A stretch of 34,255 bases of DNA from a virus (Duplodnaviria > Heunggongvirae > Uroviricota > Caudoviricetes), in IMG/VR virus record IMGVR_UViG_638341087_000014, positions 1-34,255 of that record. The stretch is one strand, 5' to 3'. A program made the translations under genes and the position numbers. The notes under the pieces were generated by a model. That model did not search any database and had not been told where the DNA came from. It worked only from the letters and a program-made list of their open reading frames with translations. This document shows positions 27,343 through 34,255 of the stretch, one piece after another; the stretch's first letter is position 1, and each line of letters opens with the position of its first letter.

Positions 27343-28421
27343 ATGAGTATCAGCCGGATTTCAGCCTGACAGCAGAGGGGGAGGATATCACGAAGGCCAT
27401 AAAGCGGGGGCTGGCTGAACTGCGTTATACCGATAATGGTGCTGCCACAAAGCGCTCCGATGAACTGATGATAACCCTGTTCAGTGAGACGATGGCGCTG
27501 CCACCAAAAGGTGCGGTGTTAACGCTGGGACTGGGATTCAACGGAAACCTGGTCAATAAAGGCAGCTTTACAGTCTGTCAGGTGGCAAGCGGCGGTCCTC
27601 CCCGCCGGATCACCATTTATGCCACCGCAGCCCCCATGAATGCGTCAAAACATGGCGCAGACGTGACCGCACTGAAAACCCGGGCTTTCAGCGATATCAC
27701 ACTGGGCGACCTGGTGAACACCATCGCCACTGAAAATAATCTGGTGGCGCGCGTCTCATCGGTGCTTGCTGATATTCATATCCCGTGGGTGATGCAGTCA
27801 TCAGAATCTGATGCTGCCCTCTTGTCCCGCATTGCAGGTATGTACGGCGCCACCAGTAAACCGACCAATGGCTACTGGTTATTTCTGGAATACGGGGCAT
27901 CACAGAGTACGGGGGGCAGAAATGCGCCTGAGATAACCATTACGCCGGGTATGGTATCAGACTGGGGTTATCGTGAAGGTGAGCGACAGGGCGCTGCGGG
28001 TGGTGCGAAGGGGGATAAAAAGAGCGGGAAAGTTGGGGTCCGGTATTTTGATGCCCGTGACGGACGCACACGTGAAGTTAAAGTTGACGTGGAGTCAACA
28101 GATAAGCGGCATCCGTTTACCCAGCCTGACCAGGGCACCGCAAAACACTGTGCAGAGTCGAAGGTTAAACGTGTGCAGAAAGCCGGACGCCAGATGACGA
28201 TAACGTTGCCCTGCAGGCCGGAACTGCTGAAAGCAGGGGCGGAGATGCGTTTTGTCACGCAGGGATTTGGTGTGCGTGAGGACCATCACTGGCAGGCTGA
28301 GTCTGTGGAGTTTTCACTGGTACCGGGACAGGGATTTACGCTGAATCTGTCACTGACCACGGATATTTCTGCAAAGGGGAAAGCCAGTGGCAAGAAAAAA
28401 GGCGTCAATTATTTTGGTTAA
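27333..28421 (+). CDS. Tail protein D (P2 gpD / late control D-like)
   Basis: 362 aa terminal gene of the P2-like tail operon. Confidence 0.85.
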   Translation: MGLNEYQPDFSLTAEGEDITKAIKRGLAELRYTDNGAATKRSDELMITLFSETMALPPKGAVLTLGLGFNGNLVNKGSFTVCQVASGGPPRRITIYATAAPMNASKHGADVTALKTRAFSDITLGDLVNTIATENNLVARVSSVLADIHIPWVMQSSESDAALLSRIAGMYGATSKPTNGYWLFLEYGASQSTGGRNAPEITITPGMVSDWGYREGERQGAAGGAKGDKKSGKVGVRYFDARDGRTREVKVDVESTDKRHPFTQPDQGTAKHCAESKVKRVQKAGRQMTITLPCRPELLKAGAEMRFVTQGFGVREDHHWQAESVEFSLVPGQGFTLNLSLTTDISAKGKASGKKKGVNYFG

Positions 28422-28445
28422 TGTTTTCTGAATCAGGAAATAAAC

Positions 28446-31400
28446 ATGTCTGTATTAATTTCGGGTGTGCTGACGGATGGCACGGGACTCCCCATGTCCG
28501 GATACCATATTATTCTGAAAGCCCGACAGAATACATCCGCAGTGGTCATGAGAACGGTGGCAACAGTGGTGACGGGGCCGGCCGGAGAATATGCATTTGA
28601 GGCTCAGACCGGAAGATATGACGTTTATCTTCGGTCGTGTATTGAAAGAGAATATTGTGTTGGTGACATTTCGGTTTACGACGATTCAAAGCCCGGCACA
28701 CTGAATGATTTTCTGACCGCTCTCGATGAAGGCGACCTCAAACCCGACGTGGTGAAACGCTTTGAGGAAATGGTGGCACAGGCGCAGCAGAGCGCCGAAG
28801 CCGCAGCGGAAAGCGAGCAGCAGGCCGGGCAACATGTCGCTGATGCGCAACAAATCAAGAGCGACTGCGAGACGCTGGCGGATAACGTACAGCAGAACGC
28901 AGAGGCCGTTACCGAAGATAAAAAGCAGGTGGCACAGCTGGCATCATCTGCCACACAGGATGCCGCCCGGGCAGAACAGGCGGTCAAAGATGCCGATAAG
29001 ATAGTCCAGAAAGCGGTCGATAAACTTGCTGATGCCGCAACGCTGACCGGTGAGGCAAAAGCCAGCGCCGAAGCGGCAGCAAAAAGCGAGCAGAGCGCGA
29101 AACAGCACAGGGACGAGGCGCAACGGATAGTTGATGACCTGAAGGGAACCAACGCCAGCACGACGCAAAAAGGCCTGGTGCAACTCTGTAGTGATACAGA
29201 CAACGACAGCGAAGAACTGGCCGCCACGCCAAAAGCCGTCAAAACCGTCATGGACGAGACGAAAACAAAAGCGCCACTGGACAGCCCGGCATTCATCGGC
29301 ACGCCCACCACACCAACCCCGCCGGACGATGCGACCGGGCTGGAGATGGCGAACGCGGCATTTGTTCGCAAACTGCTTGCTGCGCTGGTTGACTCGTCAC
29401 CGGAAGCCCTGGACACACTGAACGAGCTGGCAGCTGCGCTGGGCAATGACCCGGAGTTTGCGACAACAATCATGAACGCGCTGGCGGGTAAACAACCACT
29501 CAGCGACGTGTTAACCGCAATCAGTAATCTGGAAGAACGGGCAGATAATCTTCTGTGCTTTAATCAGGACGGGAATGCTTCGCTGTCTCCACTGTCAGAA
29601 AAAGCCCGGTCACTGCTGGCACAGGCCACAGTGGAAGCCATGCGCACGGAGCTTGAGCTGAAAAGCGCGGCGGTAAAGGACATTCAGACAGACCTTTACG
29701 ACAGCACGGAAGGCCGTGTTGCGCTACCAGGTGCATTTGGTTACGGAATGACGGACGCCGGAGCAAGTTCAATTATTGCCCGCGATATGGCGACCATAGC
29801 CAAAAGTGCGCATAACCTGCACCCGGGACGGTATTACACCTTTTCCACACAAACGGAAGAGACGACCGGAATAACAGAAATTATCTGGCTGGATAATGGC
29901 TGGGACGACAAAACCAGCCAGACAGCAACAAAGCTGGTTCTGTTTTTTGGAAAAGACGGACGGATCCTTATGACCGTTCGTGGCGATAATATCTCCGCTC
30001 CGGTCACCTGGACGAATCTGACGCCACAACTGGGCAATGCAGCACAGAAGGATGCGCAGGAGAATATTTACGACCGCACCGAAGGCCGACTGGCGATTCC
30101 TGGCATGTTCGGGTTCGGGAAAATATTTGGCCACGAAGACAGAGTAGAGTTCAGAACGCGTTCAGCATTACTGGCGTGGGCAAAAACAGCGAAGCCGGGG
30201 AGGTATCATTGTTTTGGTGACATTAAAGACCTCATTCCAGGTTTGCCACAGATCTACGGGATTATTGAAGTAATCTGGCCCTATGACTCTACAGGAAGCG
30301 CCGTTGAAAATGTTAGCAAAACACTGATTTACAATGCTGGTCGCAACCTTTTTTTAAGTACGTATGTACCTACCGGAGATGGATGGCTTACTGACTGGGA
30401 GAACCTGAAGGTTGATGAGGCCTCACTCAGAGCGCTGATTGAAACCCGCGCACCGCTGAAAAGCCCGGCACTGACCGGAACACCGTCCACGCCAACACCG
30501 CCGGATGATGCAGCAGGTAATGAAATAGCCAATGCGGCGTTTGTCCGCAAACTGCTCGCTGCGCTGGTTGGCTCATCACCGGAAGCTCTCGACACGCTGA
30601 ACGAACTGGCAGCGGCGCTGGGCAATGACCCGAACTTTGCGACAACGGTAACTAAAGCACTGGCAGGTAAACAGCCGCTTAATGACGTGTTAACGGCTGT
30701 CAGCCAGATAACACCGGAAGAAAACACGCTGCCTTATTTCAGTTCAGAGGGCCGGATTTTACTGGCGCAGCTGTCAGAAAAAGCCCGCGCATTACTGGCG
30801 CTGGACACGCCTGAGGCCATGCGCACGGAGCTTGAACTGAAAGCGGCTGCGACGATGGAACCCCAGAGCGATATCCGCGACCGCACACCGGGCAGGCTGG
30901 CACTGTCCGGCATGCATGGATTTGGTCAGGCATTTACCAGCACTGAAGCCCTGGCGTTTGAGGGACTGTCTGATTTCGTTGAATGGCTGAAGAAAGTCAC
31001 GCCGGGGCGGTATGCGGTCAGTATTACTGATTCATCACAACTGCTTACCGGTACCACGCAATTTAACGGCATTATTGACGTGATGTGGTCCCCGTACGCC
31101 AACAGTGAATCTGACACAGTCCGCAAATTTAAAACCCTGATGTGTTACAACCAGTATTATCAGGGTGAACACTGTATTCACTATATGCAGTACCGGTACA
31201 ACGACAGCGATAACAGCTGGAACATGTCATCGCGGGTAGTTGTCTACGACGGAGATTCACTGGCGTACCTGTTGTCCAGGATGGCGGGCTCAGGCTCATA
31301 TTTCAAATACCCGGCAGTGGGTGTTCCGGTGCTGGCTGTTTATCGCGGAACAACTTCCGGGGATAAAGAAATCAAAATTGGCCTGGGTGATGTGGTGCAG

Positions 31401-31586
31401 GGGTCACAACTGGGCGGAGTTAATCTTTCGTGCACAATATCTTCTGCCGGGCCTGGCTCTTACGGTTCAACACCAAGTGCAGGAGCAACAGGGTACACTT
31501 TTCCGGGGCGTTATATGGCGTTATCCGGGGTCAGGGACTCTTACGGAACAAGCGGTCGTATCTGCCTGTTTGTGCGCATCGAGTAA
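28446..31586 (+). CDS. Large tail fibre protein (lambda Stf-type N-terminus, Ala-rich coiled coil, duplicated collar-repeat modules)
   Basis: 1046 aa; prophage tail-fibre-type N-terminus; two copies of the fibre repeat (SPAFIGTPTTPTPPDD...ANAAFVRKLLAAL...LNELAAALGNDP); three TEGR/PGRY-containing distal domains. Confidence 0.85.
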   Translation: MSVLISGVLTDGTGLPMSGYHIILKARQNTSAVVMRTVATVVTGPAGEYAFEAQTGRYDVYLRSCIEREYCVGDISVYDDSKPGTLNDFLTALDEGDLKPDVVKRFEEMVAQAQQSAEAAAESEQQAGQHVADAQQIKSDCETLADNVQQNAEAVTEDKKQVAQLASSATQDAARAEQAVKDADKIVQKAVDKLADAATLTGEAKASAEAAAKSEQSAKQHRDEAQRIVDDLKGTNASTTQKGLVQLCSDTDNDSEELAATPKAVKTVMDETKTKAPLDSPAFIGTPTTPTPPDDATGLEMANAAFVRKLLAALVDSSPEALDTLNELAAALGNDPEFATTIMNALAGKQPLSDVLTAISNLEERADNLLCFNQDGNASLSPLSEKARSLLAQATVEAMRTELELKSAAVKDIQTDLYDSTEGRVALPGAFGYGMTDAGASSIIARDMATIAKSAHNLHPGRYYTFSTQTEETTGITEIIWLDNGWDDKTSQTATKLVLFFGKDGRILMTVRGDNISAPVTWTNLTPQLGNAAQKDAQENIYDRTEGRLAIPGMFGFGKIFGHEDRVEFRTRSALLAWAKTAKPGRYHCFGDIKDLIPGLPQIYGIIEVIWPYDSTGSAVENVSKTLIYNAGRNLFLSTYVPTGDGWLTDWENLKVDEASLRALIETRAPLKSPALTGTPSTPTPPDDAAGNEIANAAFVRKLLAALVGSSPEALDTLNELAAALGNDPNFATTVTKALAGKQPLNDVLTAVSQITPEENTLPYFSSEGRILLAQLSEKARALLALDTPEAMRTELELKAAATMEPQSDIRDRTPGRLALSGMHGFGQAFTSTEALAFEGLSDFVEWLKKVTPGRYAVSITDSSQLLTGTTQFNGIIDVMWSPYANSESDTVRKFKTLMCYNQYYQGEHCIHYMQYRYNDSDNSWNMSSRVVVYDGDSLAYLLSRMAGSGSYFKYPAVGVPVLAVYRGTTSGDKEIKIGLGDVVQGSQLGGVNLSCTISSAGPGSYGSTPSAGATGYTFPGRYMALSGVRDSYGTSGRICLFVRIE

Positions 31587-31599
31587 CGGGGAATAAAAC

Positions 31600-32178
31600 A
31601 TGAAAATCAGAGCGGTAAAAGGCATCAGAAACGCGCATTATCTTGAAAATGGCGCGGTTGACTGCGAGGTGTTATTTGAAGGTGAAACGGAATTCGTCCC
31701 GTATACCGCCATGCAGGATGATACCGCCCCGACAGGCCAGCGCATCTGGGGAGGGTTACAGAGCGGCAAATGGGGTGAAATCGCCCCGTTCAACGTCACG
31801 CCGGAACTTATCGCGGCAGCAAAGGAGGCCAAAAAACGGGAAATCGAGCTCTGGCGCACAGAACAGGAAGCGCAGCCGTTCACGTTTGAATGGAACGGTC
31901 GCACCTGGAATGCTGGCCCAGACTCACTGGCCCGTCTCTATCCGGTGGTAATGGCTGCAAAATCTGATACGGCACGAACCGCCCTTGCGTGGGGCGACGC
32001 TGATAATCAACAGGTGAAACTGTCGATGCAGGAACTTGAAGAACTGGCGGCAGCACTGGCGCAGGCGCAGGTCAATCGCAACGACGAGATTTATCGTCGA
32101 CAGCGGGAGATGAAAGAAGAACTGAATAACTTGGATGATTTGCGCTCAATTAGAGCGATTGCAATTAACAGTAATTAG
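31600..32178 (+). CDS. Tail fibre assembly chaperone (Tfa)
   Basis: 192 aa directly after the large fibre gene; its C-terminal coding sequence is duplicated as a remnant at 33581-33658. Confidence 0.8.
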   Translation: MKIRAVKGIRNAHYLENGAVDCEVLFEGETEFVPYTAMQDDTAPTGQRIWGGLQSGKWGEIAPFNVTPELIAAAKEAKKREIELWRTEQEAQPFTFEWNGRTWNAGPDSLARLYPVVMAAKSDTARTALAWGDADNQQVKLSMQELEELAAALAQAQVNRNDEIYRRQREMKEELNNLDDLRSIRAIAINSN

Positions 32179-32216
32179 CTCAGAAAATGCAAATAACAAG
32201 TTGTCATATCATAGAG

Positions 32217-32240
32217 TAGTGAGGGGGGCGCCCCTCACTA
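32217..32240 (+). terminator. Strong hairpin between convergent genes (possible bidirectional terminator)
   Basis: Perfect 10-bp stem TAGTGAGGGG / CCCCTCACTA around a GC core, followed on + by TTTATT; lies 5 nt beyond the stop of the minus-strand gene. Confidence 0.5.
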
Positions 32241-32244
32241 TTTA

Positions 32245-32790
32245 TTACCACCAGCTATCAGCTTTACTCTCTCGTGCTTTTCCCTCACTTTGCAACAATT
32301 CTTTGGTACCAGTTGAAATATTACGCCGAGCATCCGCTTCTGATTGAATAACGTCAGTTTGTGCAGCCCGCTCCTTGAGTTCTTGGTCCAGAAAATCGTT
32401 TGCTCTATTTACCCTGGCCCTTTTAGCTTCGAGTTCGAGTTTTCGGTTTTCTAGCTCAAGTTGGCGTAATTGATCTTCATAATCTTGATCGCGTTTTTTA
32501 TCTGCCGCCATCTCCGCTTCGAGCTTAGCTTTACGCTCAAACTCAGCCGCTCGTCGTTGTTTTTCTTTTGCTGCTGCCATAGCCGCTGCTTTCTCTTTGC
32601 GAATCCTTTCCGCATTGGCACGTTGGCGCTCTTGTTCTTTACGTGCATCTTCAATACGTTTTTCTTCGGCTTTACCTTCATTTTCGGCTTGCGCAATAGC
32701 CGCTAATTGTTCCTGTAAAGAAGACGCGTTAACGTAAAAAGTGCTTAGGCACGGCAAAGCTAATAGTATATATAAAGCAAGACGTGTCAT
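32245..32790 (-). CDS. Secreted, highly charged coiled-coil protein (TolA-domain-II-like K/E/A/R-rich helix)
   Basis: 181 aa; N-terminal signal peptide (MTRLALYILLALPCLSTFYVNA), then a low-complexity charged helix; AT-rich codon usage unlike the phage structural genes. Confidence 0.6.
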   Translation of the reverse strand: MTRLALYILLALPCLSTFYVNASSLQEQLAAIAQAENEGKAEEKRIEDARKEQERQRANAERIRKEKAAAMAAAKEKQRRAAEFERKAKLEAEMAADKKRDQDYEDQLRQLELENRKLELEAKRARVNRANDFLDQELKERAAQTDVIQSEADARRNISTGTKELLQSEGKARESKADSWW

Positions 32791-32802
32791 CTGAAATGGC
32801 CA

Positions 32803-33315
32803 TTATTTATTATCAGGGCATGTTGCATTTGGTTGAATACGTGTTTCGTTTTCTTTAGTTGAAATCATGGCTGCTAATCCAGGCGCAAATTGGCAAGTTC
32901 TACCAACTTGAGTCGATGTATAAACTTTTGTACCTTCTTTGTATGTTAGAGAAACGCCTTCAACAATTGTTTTATCTTTGACTAATGAACCAGCGGCTGC
33001 ACCAAGTGCGGTTCCACCTACAGCCCCTGCGGTGGTTGCCAGTTTCGAACCACTTTTGGTGTTATGTCCAATTACTCCTCCAGCAACGGCACCAACTACA
33101 GCACCGAATGTTTGTGCTGCTTCTTTATTCTCTTTGTTGTCCACAGCAATTTTTGCAGGAAGAACCGAAATGATAGTTATCATTTTGGTTTCTTGTTTGG
33201 AATTAACCTGAGTGGTGTCATAAACATCTGCAGCAAGATGTTCTGCAGTAGACTGACACCCACTTAATACAAAGGCAGCTAATAAAGAAATGGTTGCTTT
33301 ATTTAATTTCAACAT
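32803..33315 (-). CDS. Outer-membrane lipoprotein, SlyB/PCP-like (glycine-zipper)
   Basis: 170 aa; lipobox LSGC; Gly-zipper GAVVGAVAGGVIGH...GAVGGTALGAAAG and overall SlyB-like pattern; AT-rich; 12 bp upstream of the coiled-coil gene on the same strand. Confidence 0.7.
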   Translation of the reverse strand: MLKLNKATISLLAAFVLSGCQSTAEHLAADVYDTTQVNSKQETKMITIISVLPAKIAVDNKENKEAAQTFGAVVGAVAGGVIGHNTKSGSKLATTAGAVGGTALGAAAGSLVKDKTIVEGVSLTYKEGTKVYTSTQVGRTCQFAPGLAAMISTKENETRIQPNATCPDNK

Positions 33316-33580
33316 TTTACTTGCTCTCCTAGTTTCTGAGAAACTGCAAATATATTTACCTGAGCTTTTGTGTCAATATTTTTTTGGTTGTTTTGTTGTC
33401 TTTAATCAAAAAAGTATCCTGCTCATATAGTTCTGTTTAGTGTTTTTATGTTTTTTAATGAATTTTATAAATAGCTGAATTTATTGATATCAATATATAA
33501 ACTTATCGTGCATACATTGCCAAAAATACAGTTTCAGAAGGGGGGCTGGTTGTTGTTGGGGGCAATGTTATCAGTGGGAA

Positions 33581-33658
33581 ATGCAGGATGAACTGAATAA
33601 TCTGGATGATTTACGCTCAATCAGAGAGATGACGATTAGCGGCAATCACGCTCGATAA
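33581..33658 (+). pseudogene. Remnant 3' end of a tail fibre assembly (tfa) gene
   Basis: Encodes MQDELNNLDDLRSIREMTISGNHAR, matching the C-terminus of the Tfa at 31600-32178; 33590-33626 is a near-identical direct repeat of 32119-32155. Confidence 0.5.
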
Positions 33659-33662
33659 AATT

Positions 33663-33688
33663 AACCCCGGTGATCATCCGGGGTTTTG
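33663..33688 (+). terminator. Hairpin terminator between the tfa remnant and the convergent antirepressor-like gene
   Basis: AACCCCGG-TGATCAT-CCGGGGTT stem-loop followed by TTTTG. Confidence 0.55.
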
Positions 33689-33694
33689 CATTCA

Positions 33695-34255
33695 TTAAAA
33701 CCGCATCAACCGTTCCACCAGTTGTTCTTTATGGGCAACGATCCAGCCGCGTTGTTCCAGATAAAATTTGAACCGTTCCAGAGTGCATACCATCGCATCG
33801 GCGGGGACTTTTTCCGTGAACTCGACCTGACCGTGTTTATCGAAGTGGATCAGTAATGCGAATCCATCATTTTTGGTGGCGGAGTTTTGTGCTGCTGGTG
33901 GTTGTTTTTGGCTGAAATAACAGCCTTCGAGTTTTTCGAACACTTCCCACGCCTGATCGGTTTCGAGCATTTTTGCGTGGCGGGCTGCGCCACGTTCTGT
34001 CCAGAGGATGAGGTGCTTTGTACGCGGTGCAACTAAGTTACTTTGAGTAACCTTGTTCTTAAATTCCCGCAACTCAGCTCCTTCCAATTTGAAGTAGTGT
34101 TTCCCACAAACAAAACGCTCGGCATTGCGTGTATAGTTCACTTTGATGTTATTAGTTTCGGTGCCATAAAGTTGTGCCAAAAGCTCGGTAGTAATGACAG
34201 GGATTTGGTTATGGGGGAGCGGGGAAAGAGTTTCAACTGAGATTTGAATAGCCAC
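33695..34255 (-). CDS. Antirepressor-like protein (ORF6N/ORF6C-type), possibly truncated at the window edge
   Basis: 186 aa with an N-terminal region resembling ORF6N-type phage antirepressors; the ORF begins with GTG at the last three bases of the window, so the true start may lie beyond it. Confidence 0.5.
   Translation of the reverse strand: MAIQISVETLSPLPHNQIPVITTELLAQLYGTETNNIKVNYTRNAERFVCGKHYFKLEGAELREFKNKVTQSNLVAPRTKHLILWTERGAARHAKMLETDQAWEVFEKLEGCYFSQKQPPAAQNSATKNDGFALLIHFDKHGQVEFTEKVPADAMVCTLERFKFYLEQRGWIVAHKEQLVERLMRF

Noticed and set aside
28676-29473. 265-aa minus-strand ORF (Ala/Ser-rich) inside the large tail fibre gene
   Set aside because: Antisense reading of the Ala-rich coiled-coil region; low-complexity translation without start signals.
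28446-33700. Diversity-generating retroelement or invertible tail-fibre segment (Gin/Pin-type)
   Set aside because: The fibre has internal repeats and there is a duplicated tfa 3' end, but no reverse transcriptase or site-specific invertase is present in the window, and the genes between the tfa copies are envelope proteins, not alternative fibre tips.

Overview
The whole window reads as the late region of an integrated lambdoid prophage of an enterobacterial host, almost entirely on the + strand. All calls are from reading the sequence and ORF translations against remembered protein families; no searches were run. Order: Hok-family toxin gene (58-213); DUF968-like gene interrupted by one in-frame TGA; rusA; a Q-like antiterminator followed by a tR'-like terminator; a small ORF plus a beta-class DNA methyltransferase; four tandem tRNA genes (CAU, UCU, UGU, UCC anticodons); a TerB-like cargo gene with an overlapping small membrane ORF; a lysis cassette (two membrane proteins, M15-peptidase endolysin, short lipoprotein); a lambda-like cos site; lambda-like packaging and head genes (Nu1, A, W, B, C, D, E, FI, FII); a P2-like contractile-tail module in P2 order (V, W, J, I, H, G, sheath, tube, E/E' with a -1 frameshift site, tape measure, U, X, D); a second, large tail fibre plus assembly chaperone; an AT-rich two-gene envelope moron on the minus strand flanked by duplicated tail-fibre-assembly 3' ends; and a partial antirepressor-like gene at the right edge. 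No CRISPR array, rRNA, integrase, transposase or Shiga-toxin genes were seen. The best candidates for uncharacterised accessory functions are the TerB-like/small-membrane-ORF pair, the SlyB-like lipoprotein/secreted coiled-coil pair, and the unassigned gene at 7717-8115; none can be assigned a function from sequence alone.
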